Of a stretch of 51,086 nucleotides of DNA, positions 35,965-45,077 are shown one piece after another. The stretch lies in IMG/VR virus record IMGVR_UViG_3300044451_000174, positions 74,722 through 125,807 of that record; one strand, 5' to 3'. The stretch comes from a virus (taxonomy: Duplodnaviria; Heunggongvirae; Uroviricota; Caudoviricetes). Position numbers and translations under genes: made by a program. The first letter of the stretch is position 1, and every line of letters starts with the position of its first letter. Under the pieces are notes generated by a model. It did not search any database and was not told where the DNA came from. It saw nothing but the letters and a program-made list of their open reading frames with translations.

Positions 35965-36271
35965 GAAGACGAAGTTCCAACTGACTCTCGAATCGCTCGG
36001 CTTCAACACCTACACCGCGTACCTCAGATCCGACCACTGGACGGATTTCAAGAAGAAGTATTTCGACAAGCACGAAAAGGTCTGCTTCTGTTGTGGTGAA
36101 GACGCACGCGACCTTCACCACACGACCTACGAACACCTCGGAAGCGAACTTCAAAAAGACGTGAAGCCCCTCTGTCGGAAGTGCCACAAGAAGGTCCACC
36201 GGATGGTGAAGAGACGCCGCGCCCTGCTCGGCGAAGCTCACGAAGTCCTGAAAGCCACTTCCAAACGCTGA
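35921..36271 (+). CDS. HNH endonuclease-like protein
   Basis: YLRSDHW...CFCC....LHHTTY.HLG.E......LCRKCHKKVH; TTG start with AAGGAG upstream. Confidence 0.8.
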   Translation: MSKRTPKKRKKHKRKKTKFQLTLESLGFNTYTAYLRSDHWTDFKKKYFDKHEKVCFCCGEDARDLHHTTYEHLGSELQKDVKPLCRKCHKKVHRMVKRRRALLGEAHEVLKATSKR

Positions 36272-36318
36272 AATCATCTGTGCTGGATAGATACCCACAA
36301 ACACCTCAGTGGGGAACC

Positions 36319-37086
36319 ATGCACAAAATCAAGCGATACGGTTGGAAACGCGGACTCCCGAAATACGGCGTTCCGAGGTTTGAAGCCCCGATGACCGCCG
36401 GGCCGCTCCCCAAGTACGTTGATCTCACGTCCCAAATGCCCCCGGTCTACGACCAGGGCGAACTCGGCTCATGCACGGCCAACGCCGCTGCCGCCCTCGC
36501 CCAGTTCCTGAACATGAGGGAAGGTTACAAGCCCTACACCCCGTCGCGGCTCGCCATCTACTACTGGGAACGAGTCATCGAGCGGACGGTTCACGAAGAC
36601 GCTGGAGCCTCGCTCACGTCGGCCGCACACGTTCTCGCTACCAACGGCGCACCCAACGAAACACTCTGGCCGTACAAGATCGACAAGTTCGCCGTCGCGC
36701 CGCCTGAGAGCGTGGTAGCGAACGGCAAGCAGCACATCGTCACCAAGCCGCTCAAGGTCAAGCAGAACATGGACGACATCCGGGCGTGTCTCGCGGCCGG
36801 ATACCCAATCATGTTCGGCTTCGTCGTCTACGACTCGTTCGAGAGCGAAGAGGTCGGCAAGACCGGATTGTTGTCAATGCCCAGAGACGGGGAACAACTA
36901 CTGGGTGGTCACGCCGTCGTCGCGGTCGGGTACGATGACACCACCAAACTCATCAAGGTACGCAACTCGTGGGGACCGAAATGGGGATGGAAAGGACACT
37001 TCAAGATGCCCTATTCCTACGTCCAAGACCCCGATCTTACAGACGACCTGTGGACCGCACATTACATCACCGGCTTCAAAGGATGA
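36319..37086 (+). CDS. Papain-like cysteine protease (C1A)
   Basis: DQGELGSCTANA (Gln/Cys), GGHAVVAVGY (His), VRNSWG (Asn). Confidence 0.95.
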   Translation: MHKIKRYGWKRGLPKYGVPRFEAPMTAGPLPKYVDLTSQMPPVYDQGELGSCTANAAAALAQFLNMREGYKPYTPSRLAIYYWERVIERTVHEDAGASLTSAAHVLATNGAPNETLWPYKIDKFAVAPPESVVANGKQHIVTKPLKVKQNMDDIRACLAAGYPIMFGFVVYDSFESEEVGKTGLLSMPRDGEQLLGGHAVVAVGYDDTTKLIKVRNSWGPKWGWKGHFKMPYSYVQDPDLTDDLWTAHYITGFKG

Positions 37087-37104
37087 AACCTACAACGGTG
37101 TAAG

Positions 37105-37132
37105 AAAAACCCGGCAAATCGCCGGGTTTTTT
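37105..37132. terminator. Rho-independent terminator (potentially bidirectional)
   Basis: AAAAACCCGGC-AAATC-GCCGGGTTTTTT. Confidence 0.9.
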
Positions 37133-37214
37133 CGCTTACTCACACTCAGGTAAAAGAAATTGCCGAAACTTGCAAATTTTTGCAAGTTCAAGCCTATATA
37201 AAACAGGAGGATGG

Positions 37215-37958
37215 ATGCCATACGTTTACTTCGCTCAGGAGCCATACGATAAGGCCATCAAGATTGGAATTTCACATAACGTGAGAAAACGAATAGCCCA
37301 ACTTGAGAACAGCATGCCGCACAACTTGCAGATAATAGGAATGATGTCTGGCGATTTTGCCAAAGAGCAAGAGTTGCACATGATGTTCGAGCCGTATCGA
37401 ATCAAAGGAGAATGGTTCAAACCCGACAAAGCAATCTTGGACTATATCGAGAATAATGCCAGGATCACTGAAGTCCCGATGGATCTAAAAGAAGAAGTCA
37501 AGGAGATTGCCAAGAAGTCCAGAAAGCAAACGCCAGCGGTTAAGGAGTGCCGGAAGTTACTGGAGCTTGCGAACTATCGCGCAGAAGAGGCACAAGCCGA
37601 ACGAGTAATGACCATCGATCAGGTGGCACAACTCTTAGGTGTGACGACCGCGACTTTGCGAAACTGGGACAAAAACGGCAAACTCAAAGCTTTGAGAACC
37701 GAGGGCAAACACAGACGATACAAAGAATCGGATGTGACCGCCATCAGGAAGCAGATGATGACGGGAGCGGAGTTCATGATTCAAGGTACGACACCGAGAA
37801 CTTTGAAAGAAGAACTTGAAAAGATGTTGGCACAGTTTCAGCCTGAAGATTCGATCACACTTTCCATTCGCCACGACGCGCTGATGGACAAAGTAAGGAT
37901 CACAATCGATTCGGCCGACAGACTGTCCTCGACAACAAGAAGTTTTGGAATCAGATAA
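37215..37958 (+). CDS. T5orf172/GIY-YIG-like domain fused to a MerR/excisionase-type HTH
   Basis: YVYF...IKIGIS.NV.KRIAQL...EQELH..F...RIKGEWF; MTIDQVAQLLGVTTATLRNWDKNGKL...RTEGKHRRY. Confidence 0.85.
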   Translation: MPYVYFAQEPYDKAIKIGISHNVRKRIAQLENSMPHNLQIIGMMSGDFAKEQELHMMFEPYRIKGEWFKPDKAILDYIENNARITEVPMDLKEEVKEIAKKSRKQTPAVKECRKLLELANYRAEEAQAERVMTIDQVAQLLGVTTATLRNWDKNGKLKALRTEGKHRRYKESDVTAIRKQMMTGAEFMIQGTTPRTLKEELEKMLAQFQPEDSITLSIRHDALMDKVRITIDSADRLSSTTRSFGIR

Positions 37959-37989
37959 CAACCTCGGCGGTTTGCCGAAAGGATGAGAC

Positions 37990-38376
37990 GTGAAAAACAA
38001 CCTGTGGCTCAAGAAGGTGAAGAGGACTACCAAAGTCAGCTTCCGAAATCCCGTAGCCGAAACGACCAGTTCGCTCGAAGTCGAGATCGAGAAGTACAAC
38101 ATGACCCACAACGAAAAGCTCGCGGCGGTCGTCCAGGCCGCGCTCAAGCACTTCGCTGCGGAGATCAACGAACTGTTCCACCCGTCATGCGACATGACCC
38201 AATTGGAACGACGCAAAGCATTGGTCGCAAACGCGGAAGCCAAACAGGGCAAGCCGCTGTCCGAGCCAGTGATCGAAGACAAATTCGTGCGGTTGGCCGT
38301 CGAAGGCACCTGTTGGATTCCGATCCACAGCTACAGCAGCCGCACCGGGATCTGCGAGAAAGTGAGCCTGAAATGA
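37990..38376 (+). CDS. Hypothetical protein (128 aa)
   Basis: GTG start; ATGA coupling to the next gene. Confidence 0.6.
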   Translation: MKNNLWLKKVKRTTKVSFRNPVAETTSSLEVEIEKYNMTHNEKLAAVVQAALKHFAAEINELFHPSCDMTQLERRKALVANAEAKQGKPLSEPVIEDKFVRLAVEGTCWIPIHSYSSRTGICEKVSLK

Positions 38377-38573
38377 AAGAAAGCACTTTGAAAACGCACT
38401 TCAAGGAAAAGAAAACCCTTGAACGAATGATCGAAAGGTTCGGGAAAGCGGAAACAGCCAAGCGGTTGGCTTGGCTGCATGATTGCGATGAACGAAAGGT
38501 TGGGTCGTTAGTAAAGCAATTCTTGGCCGGGGATCAGCCGAAAAGCGGTTTCCAGCCGGCGGGCCAGCGGTAA
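38373..38573 (+). CDS. Hypothetical protein (66 aa)
   Basis: ATGA overlap with the previous gene; MKESTLKTHF... Confidence 0.5.
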   Translation: MKESTLKTHFKEKKTLERMIERFGKAETAKRLAWLHDCDERKVGSLVKQFLAGDQPKSGFQPAGQR

Positions 38574-39241
38574 ATCTTCGCCGCCTTCTTGAGAGCGTCC
38601 ATGTCGATCCGCTTCTTACCCATAACGCGGATTCGTTCGACGTGGTGATCTCGGTCCCAAGTGTTACTGCCGTGGAACGTGCGGCAGTAACACGTCCCGC
38701 CCTCCACAATGTGCAGCATGTTCTGCAACTTCAATTCCTTCTTCAACACCGTGTCCTCACCCTTTGACGCGGGCGGGTAGAACTTGCCGGCGCGACGATC
38801 AAGGAACAACGTCCCCTCGATCCCGTTCGGGTCCGCGACCCACGCCACTTCGTTCGTATCGCAGAAATAGTGCAGTTGTTCCTTCAGGACGACGGCCGGG
38901 TATTCGCCGTCGTGATGGCCCTTGTACTGCTCACTGATCCGCGTCGGCCCGTACCAGTCGTCATCGTCCCACTGGATCGTCAAGTCGCTCGGTGAATACT
39001 CCAGAGCGAGATTCCGAAGTTCTCCGAGTTTCCGTTTCCGGGCCGAGTGAAGCACGGAAACTTCACGGTCGTCACCCATGAGTTTCTTCAAAGCCTCATG
39101 CTCTTTGACATCCCCGTCGTTGACGATGAGCAAATGCTTATTGGGGTAGTCCTGCTTCTTGAAGTATTTGTAGCTCTGCTTGACCAGCGGAATCCTTCCC
39201 GTGGTCACCATCAGAGCGGTGATCATCGGGTAGTGCTTCAT
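38534..39241 (-). CDS. GT2-family glycosyltransferase
   Basis: ITALMVT.GR...QDYPNKHLLIVNDG, RNLAL, WDDDDWY...RISEQ, GED. Confidence 0.88.
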   Translation of the reverse strand: MKHYPMITALMVTTGRIPLVKQSYKYFKKQDYPNKHLLIVNDGDVKEHEALKKLMGDDREVSVLHSARKRKLGELRNLALEYSPSDLTIQWDDDDWYGPTRISEQYKGHHDGEYPAVVLKEQLHYFCDTNEVAWVADPNGIEGTLFLDRRAGKFYPPASKGEDTVLKKELKLQNMLHIVEGGTCYCRTFHGSNTWDRDHHVERIRVMGKKRIDMDALKKAAKIYRWPAGWKPLFG

Positions 39242-40299
39242 GCGACCTCCGTGCTGTCTTCGTTGCGTGAGCGGAAGTAGTCCCGCATTTGATCGCGAAG
39301 GCCAATCGACCTATCGGTCAACTGCCACAGCCCCTGGCTGTCGCGTTTGAGGTCCAAGTTCGGATCGTAGTTGTTGTCGAGCAGAATCTTCGAGCGTTCC
39401 TTGTAGCGGCGGTCCTTCTTCCGACCGTGCCAGTGGTGGAGGATGCTCCCCGGAACGTAACCGATGTTCCGACGAATGTGCCTCTCTGCCCGCTGTTCCC
39501 ACTCCAACATGTAATCGACAAAAGACTTGGACCAACCCGGCCCAATCGTCTCTTTAATCCGGCCGATCAAGCCGTAGGCCATGTACCAGTCGGCCGAACC
39601 GAGAACGGCCCAGTCGATCAACCCGCCGAGGGCGTTAATCGCTTCGCGGCGAGCGGCCCATGCGTAGCCTGGGTGCGCGTAATACGGACGCGGTTGCGGC
39701 TGGAGCTTGAGATTCCGTCCTTCGTAGCAGGACATCGTCAGTTCGCCCGGAGCGTGCTGCGGGAGGTCGAACCCGCCGTTCTTGTACCTGTTGGCGAAGC
39801 CGGTGTGGTTCTTGATTACCGAGAAGTCCGGTCCCAGATCGTGCGTGTGCGAGAACATCTGCACGATGTGGAAGTGTTGCAGTTGGTTCAGAGTCTCGTT
39901 CACCCAGTCCGGTCGCGCGAAGCTGATGTCGGGATCGATCCACGCGACGTACTCCCAGTCGGACGGCAGACGGGAAAACGCAATGTTGATCAGATTCTCT
40001 TTGTGCCAGACCTCGCTCCAAGTCCTTAGCTGGATGTGTCTTGGGTTGTCCTTGTGTGTGACGACGTGCGGACGGTTGCCGAACGCGGCTTCGGCGACCC
40101 AAAGCTGTGCGCCGGCGTCGTTGACCATCTTCTCGAATTTCTCGAAAAGGTGGTAGCGGGTGGCGTAGCGGCATGCGTTCGTGAGGGGAACGATGACGTG
40201 AAGTTTGCTTGGTTCCCAGATGAATGGGGATTCTGGTGTTGTGTGGTACGTCGGGAAGGCCGTCTTGACGTAGGCCGCTGGCTTGTCGTGGATTGGCAT
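39238..40299 (-). CDS. GT-A fold glycosyltransferase-like protein
   Basis: WHKENLINIA, YVAWIDPDI (DxD), IVQMFS, HPGYAWA.RR, GSAD, ILHHWHG; ATGA coupling to the GT2 gene. Confidence 0.75.
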   Translation of the reverse strand: MPIHDKPAAYVKTAFPTYHTTPESPFIWEPSKLHVIVPLTNACRYATRYHLFEKFEKMVNDAGAQLWVAEAAFGNRPHVVTHKDNPRHIQLRTWSEVWHKENLINIAFSRLPSDWEYVAWIDPDISFARPDWVNETLNQLQHFHIVQMFSHTHDLGPDFSVIKNHTGFANRYKNGGFDLPQHAPGELTMSCYEGRNLKLQPQPRPYYAHPGYAWAARREAINALGGLIDWAVLGSADWYMAYGLIGRIKETIGPGWSKSFVDYMLEWEQRAERHIRRNIGYVPGSILHHWHGRKKDRRYKERSKILLDNNYDPNLDLKRDSQGLWQLTDRSIGLRDQMRDYFRSRNEDSTEVA

Positions 40300-40371
40300 T
40301 TGATCCTTTCCTGGGGTCTACTCGAATTATAGCTAGGTAGGGACGCCGGCCTGCCGACTCGCCGTTCTACA

Positions 40372-41151
40372 TCACTTTTTCAAACTCGATCTGTATTCTT
40401 GGGCTTGTGCATCTCGGCCTTCCTTGTCGTCCGCGACGAGTTGCTCAATGATCGGCTGTGCGGCACGGAGCCATTCGGCGTAGAAGTTCTTCCAGGCACG
40501 GATCAAATCCACGAAATCTTCCGGCTGTATGAACTCTTTGACCAACTGTTGTGCGGCTTTGAATCCTTTGTAACACTCTTTGAACCGCATAATGTTGACT
40601 TGGAAGTTGACGACGTGCGGTCGTTTCTTGGCCTGTGGCTTCTCTTGTGGTTTGCTCCACCACCATTCATTCTGATTGTGAAGGAATTGTCTGAAAGTCT
40701 GCCAAAGTTCAAGTAGATTCGAGCAAACTTTTTGCTTGTCGGGATAAAGCTTGGCGACATCGCATATCATGTCCTCGAAATTGTCTTGGTCATAGTGCCA
40801 GTGAGCGTTAAAAGCTCTGGAAGCTTGCTCAGGCGAAGTGTACTTCGGCGTGCCTGAAAAGTTCTCGATACTTTTGCCGTCTTTGCGCCGATTTTTGAGT
40901 GTGGGGTCTACGCCGTTAAGGACGCGGACCATTAGTCCACGAAGATCCCCCTGCCCGACAACGAAATCGTCGTTGTCGTCCTGGCCGTGCATCGTTTTGG
41001 AAACGGTGGGGCTGTTGTCGCTAGACGGCGTTTTTACCATAGCGTGATCTTGCGAACGAGGCGGCACATAATCGACCGTCGCGGCTCCCAAGTCAACCTC
41101 GGATTTTTCCAGCCAGTTTCTGAAGCCTTCTATACGGTTATCTATTGACAC
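40372..41151 (-). CDS. Hypothetical protein (start uncertain: GTG 41151 or ATA 41133)
   Basis: Long ORF; TAGATA box (41139-41144) lies 5 nt before an in-frame ATA giving (M)EGFRNWLE. Confidence 0.65.
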   Translation of the reverse strand: MSIDNRIEGFRNWLEKSEVDLGAATVDYVPPRSQDHAMVKTPSSDNSPTVSKTMHGQDDNDDFVVGQGDLRGLMVRVLNGVDPTLKNRRKDGKSIENFSGTPKYTSPEQASRAFNAHWHYDQDNFEDMICDVAKLYPDKQKVCSNLLELWQTFRQFLHNQNEWWWSKPQEKPQAKKRPHVVNFQVNIMRFKECYKGFKAAQQLVKEFIQPEDFVDLIRAWKNFYAEWLRAAQPIIEQLVADDKEGRDAQAQEYRSSLKK

Positions 41152-41195
41152 CGGCCCCAGAACGGACGATATAAGAGGTAAGAAGGAGGAATGAC

Positions 41196-41693
41196 ATGAG
41201 CAAGACAACCGAAGACATCCGCAAGACGAACAAGACCGAACCGGCCAAAGTGCAGGCCGGTCACCTGATGGCGATCATCTACTACGTCACGGTCGAAAAC
41301 ACCGCCTACAACGGCGAGCGGTTGACCGTGAAGGACGTGGTGGGCGATACCGGAAAGATCGACATCAACGGCAAAAGTCTGATCGAAACCGCACTGTCGG
41401 CCGACCAGTTCCAAGAAACCGTGAAGGTGAACAGGACGCAACTGGCTCAACTCCTGATCGAGTCGCACAACCGGCCGTTCACGGTCGTGTTCGACAAGCA
41501 GGAGAGCAAAGACGGGAAGGACAAAGAGAGGAAATTGCGAGGCCGACTGATCAGCCACGAAGCACTCCTCGGCCGGTCGCTGGTCGAAGATCTGGACATC
41601 GACGCGAAAGATCCGAAGGGCCGCACGCGACTCGTGGACCACCGGACGCTCAAATCACTTATAGTCGATGGTGTCAAGTACGAACTGAAGTAA
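41196..41693 (+). CDS. Hypothetical phage protein (165 aa)
   Basis: AAGGAGG RBS; high-GC3 codon usage. Confidence 0.75.
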   Translation: MSKTTEDIRKTNKTEPAKVQAGHLMAIIYYVTVENTAYNGERLTVKDVVGDTGKIDINGKSLIETALSADQFQETVKVNRTQLAQLLIESHNRPFTVVFDKQESKDGKDKERKLRGRLISHEALLGRSLVEDLDIDAKDPKGRTRLVDHRTLKSLIVDGVKYELK

Positions 41694-41696
41694 ATA

Positions 41697-41810
41697 CCTG
41701 CAAGCACTCCGAGAAAGTGCTGGTGTGGACGCAGGGGAGGGCAGAGTGCCTTCCCCTTGAGAGAAACACGACAGGGAAATGGCCCCCGAAACTTCGGGGG
41801 CTTATTTTTT
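41697..41810 (+). ncRNA. Candidate structured small RNA or long 3' UTR
   Basis: TAAATA box, then two hairpins, then a terminator, with no credible ORF. Confidence 0.3.
41782..41810 (+). terminator. Rho-independent terminator
   Basis: GCCCCCG-AAACTT-CGGGGGC-TTATTTTTT between convergent genes. Confidence 0.85.
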
Positions 41811-42830
41811 GTACTTGGCTGCGTCCTCGGTCAGATCGACCATCCGACCCTTTTTGCCGCAGTGGTGCGGGCTGTAAGCCAACCCCACGTCCAAGTTGAC
41901 GGCGCGGCCGTCGCAGTATTCCATCGGCAGGTGTTCGCCGAACAGACGAGTATGTCCGTGGCAGACCTTCTTCGCCCCGCCGAAATACTCCAGATGGTGC
42001 GGGATGATCTCTTCACCGGAATCCCAGTAGCGGCCCGAAGTCGTCACGCCCCAGAACTTGTAGCCCGGAGAGATCGAAGACGAGAGCAGTCCGAGGGTCA
42101 GGGCGTTGTTCGCCTTCTGGATCGGGTCCGTCTTGTCGCTGTCATCAATGGACTCGAAGAACTTGTACACGCGGTGCGAATCACAGTGTTGAAACAGGAC
42201 GCCGTCCTTGAGGTACATGGCGGGCCAGCCGACCGCCCACATCATCAAGTCGGGCGACTCCATGAACTTGACGAGGTCTTCAAGGTTCATGCCGTTCGCG
42301 AGCATGTCGGCGATCTGATCCTTGAAGACGCGGAGTTCGCCGGCTTCATCGGGGAGATCGGACTCGTCAATACCTTCGGGGGTGTCGGGGTTGGCGGCGT
42401 AGTTCGCGCAGGCGTTCATGACGGCACCCATCCGCCAGTGCTTCTTCTCGCGGTACAGGGTGCCGCCGTCGTTGGACTCCTTGAACGTGTCCTCGCGTGA
42501 GCCGTTGTTGATCTTGGAGATCAACTCCCTGAGCTTCGGTCGCCGGACCAAGAATATGGCGCAGTTGAGGAAGCCGATGTCGTGGTTGCCCATCGTGACA
42601 ACGAGGTCGCCACCGGCGGCTTCGGCCTGCTTGTGGAGGTTGTAGGCTTTCTCGATGGTTTCGTAGCCGTGCGGCCCACGGTCGGTGAGATCGCCGGTGA
42701 GAACGAGTGTGCCGTCCTCGGAAGCCCAGTCGCCGTTGGAGTCAACGACACCCTTGTCTTCGAGGTTGAGCATCATTTCGCCGAGCATGCCGTGGATGTC
42801 GCCGATCCCGAACAATTTTTTTGTCTTCAT
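41802..42830 (-). CDS. Calcineurin-like metallophosphoesterase (PPP/ApaH-like)
   Basis: GDIHG, GDLTDRG, MGNHD, CHGHT, LDVG; ATGA coupling to the upstream endonuclease. Confidence 0.92.
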   Translation of the reverse strand: MKTKKLFGIGDIHGMLGEMMLNLEDKGVVDSNGDWASEDGTLVLTGDLTDRGPHGYETIEKAYNLHKQAEAAGGDLVVTMGNHDIGFLNCAIFLVRRPKLRELISKINNGSREDTFKESNDGGTLYREKKHWRMGAVMNACANYAANPDTPEGIDESDLPDEAGELRVFKDQIADMLANGMNLEDLVKFMESPDLMMWAVGWPAMYLKDGVLFQHCDSHRVYKFFESIDDSDKTDPIQKANNALTLGLLSSSISPGYKFWGVTTSGRYWDSGEEIIPHHLEYFGGAKKVCHGHTRLFGEHLPMEYCDGRAVNLDVGLAYSPHHCGKKGRMVDLTEDAAKYKK

Positions 42831-43441
42831 GCGCACCTTTCTATCTTATACCTCATACACTTAGGCACAAACGGTTCAACTAAAGGAAGGAACTTCTCTA
42901 TCTCTGTCATCGACACCAGTCGGATCGCCTTCTGATTTATCCTGAAGTCGAGATCGAACTTATCCTTAAAAAACCTGATCATGGTCTGACGTTCTGCGTC
43001 CGAGAAACACTGAGTAGATATGGTCAGATGCTTTGTGTCAGAAGTCCAATACAGGTTGCCGTCGTCACAGTACCAGATGGCGATAGCTTCAGGCGTCAGT
43101 GCTGTCAGTAGCTCCATCGTCACTATTTTCTTGTCTTCTTTGCAAAATTGTTCATACAAAGCATTGAAGCCAGGATGCGCCTTCAGACAGGCGGTGAAAG
43201 AGGAGTATGTCTTGCCTGTTCTCTTGTCAAATCGCGACCTCTCAAATGGCGTCCAATCAAGTCCGACCTGTTCTGCCTTCCAAACCGCGTAGTCTTTTTG
43301 TTCAGCACCATGCTCCCACCTGATGGATCTATTTTTTTGTCGAACTGCCATTTTGGGGAAGAACGCATCGCCAAGTAGCGTTCCCATTAACAGATCCGCC
43401 TGTCGGTCGCCTATGGCGTGGAGGCGTTGTTTTTTGTTCAT
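42827..43441 (-). mobile_element. Free-standing LAGLIDADG_2-type homing endonuclease
   Basis: LLMGTLLGDA, HGAEQKDYAVWKA, AIAIWYCDDG, ISTQCFS. Confidence 0.85.
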
Positions 43442-43530
43442 TTTGGTCGCTTTCTGACGTGTCCCTTAATGAGTATACGCCTAGCAAGAAGAAGAATTTC
43501 TGGTATCATACGGTGAAGGGGGAATTTTCC

Positions 43531-44058
43531 ATGAAACTCGAAAAGGTCATCAGCGGCGGGCAGAACGGCGTCGATCAGGCCGCGCTCCGAGCCGCCAAGT
43601 TCCTCGAAATTCCGACCGGCGGCTGGATGCCCAACAGATGGATGACTTTGGACGGACCCCGCCCGGAGTTCGAGGAACTGTACGGGATGAAGGAGTGCTA
43701 CGCCGGGTACAGGGCCAGAACCGAGGCAAACGTCATCGACGGGGACGCCACCCTGATCTTCGCGGCGGATTTCAAGTCCCCCGGAGAAATATGTACGTTC
43801 AGGGCGATCTCCAAGTTTCAAAAACCCTTCTTCAAGGTCCACGTTGACGACAACTTGATCGAGAAACTCGAAGAGGGGTTGGCGTGGCTGTCTTGGACCG
43901 AGGGCAAGACCCTGAACGTGGCCGGCAACAGCGAGAACACCTCGTCGGGCATCGGCGAAAAGGCCGAGCAGTTTCTCACCGAACTATTTAGATGGTATGT
44001 GCGTCGTCCCGACATAAATAAAGCATGCACGAAGACCGAACCTCCGTTGACGCACTGA
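43531..44058 (+). CDS. SLOG-family protein (circularly permuted YpsA / putative molybdenum carrier)
   Basis: KVISGGQNGVDQAALRAA...GGWMP, YRARTEANV.DGDATL, TLNVAGNSE. Confidence 0.88.
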   Translation: MKLEKVISGGQNGVDQAALRAAKFLEIPTGGWMPNRWMTLDGPRPEFEELYGMKECYAGYRARTEANVIDGDATLIFAADFKSPGEICTFRAISKFQKPFFKVHVDDNLIEKLEEGLAWLSWTEGKTLNVAGNSENTSSGIGEKAEQFLTELFRWYVRRPDINKACTKTEPPLTH

Positions 44059-44168
44059 AGGCGAAGCTCGAACGTTACCTCAATGCGTTGGCGCGACTCG
44101 AACAGATGGTTCCCAAACCCGACCCGACCCCCGGACTGTTGGCCGTGCGGGTCAAGGCGGTGTCGTGA
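44025..44168 (+). CDS. Small protein not in the ORF track (47 aa)
   Basis: TAAATA-AAGC-ATG start; MHEDRTSVDALKAKLERYLNALARLEQ...; GTGA coupling to the next gene. Confidence 0.55.
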   Translation: MHEDRTSVDALKAKLERYLNALARLEQMVPKPDPTPGLLAVRVKAVS

Positions 44169-44494
44169 GCGACATCAACATTCGCGGCTGTGCCGCGACC
44201 TCGGCGACCCGCTACTTCTACTACAACTTCTCGGTCGGGTCGGTCGTCTACTTCGTCCCCAAAGCGAAAAAAGGCGTTCTGGAGCCTCACACGGTGAAGG
44301 AAGTCGAACCGTTCATGCGGAACGGGAACTACATGCACTTCAAGTTCCTGTACCGGGACACCTTCAACGCGATCTTCAACGAGGACGAACTATGTTCGGA
44401 GGCCGACGCCATCGAATACGCTAAAACGTACTACGAAACGGCCATCGCGGAACTGATCGAATTGATCAGAATCAAAGAATGCAATAATTCTTAG
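44165..44494 (+). CDS. Hypothetical phage protein (109 aa)
   Basis: YNFSVGSVVYF..., SH3-like N-terminal pattern; GTGA overlap. Confidence 0.65.
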   Translation: MSDINIRGCAATSATRYFYYNFSVGSVVYFVPKAKKGVLEPHTVKEVEPFMRNGNYMHFKFLYRDTFNAIFNEDELCSEADAIEYAKTYYETAIAELIELIRIKECNNS

Positions 44495-44558
44495 CGCAAT
44501 TCCAGAAACTTGTGGTTTGACAGCTTTTAAGGATGTCGCCCCAACCTCTCGGAGTGCA

Positions 44559-45077
44559 ATGAACAAGAATCTACAGGCCGAATTGAACACAATGGGCTAC
44601 GGAGATCACGCCGTAGCAATCAGCACTGAAGCGGATCAGGACTTCCTGATCATGTCCAAGCTGCTCCGTATCACCAAGACCGTCGATTTCGAGCCGGAAG
44701 AACTCGAATACTACACCTGGATGTCCGAGAACATGGACGCCGCCGGCCACTTCGCACGCGGCAAGATACAAACGCCCGACTTCACCCCGGAAGAACTCCG
44801 CGAGTACCAATGGGCTGCCGAACACCCGACCGGCTCTTGTCGCGGCTTCCGTCTGACGGACGAGCCGACCGAAGAAGAGGTCAAGGGCTGGCAAGAGACG
44901 TTGGAATTCTTCAACAAGATGGACTTCGCGGCCGTTCGAGCGAAGATTGAGTTCTACGACCGCGAGGAAGAGAAGCCTTACGACAACGACCCGTGGTTCT
45001 CGGATCGAACCGGGGAGTGGCTGGCCTGTTGTAACCTCGGCCGCGACCCGTACTCTCAGAGCGACGATGCGTGGTGA
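44559..45077 (+). CDS. Hypothetical acidic protein with internal repeats (172 aa)
   Basis: GGAG RBS; DFEPEELEYYTW / DFTPEELREYQW / EPTEEEVKGW. Confidence 0.65.
   Translation: MNKNLQAELNTMGYGDHAVAISTEADQDFLIMSKLLRITKTVDFEPEELEYYTWMSENMDAAGHFARGKIQTPDFTPEELREYQWAAEHPTGSCRGFRLTDEPTEEEVKGWQETLEFFNKMDFAAVRAKIEFYDREEEKPYDNDPWFSDRTGEWLACCNLGRDPYSQSDDAW

Noticed and set aside
37600-37760. IS607 transposon
   Set aside because: Only the HTH resembles TnpA; no serine-recombinase catalytic domain or TnpB follows.
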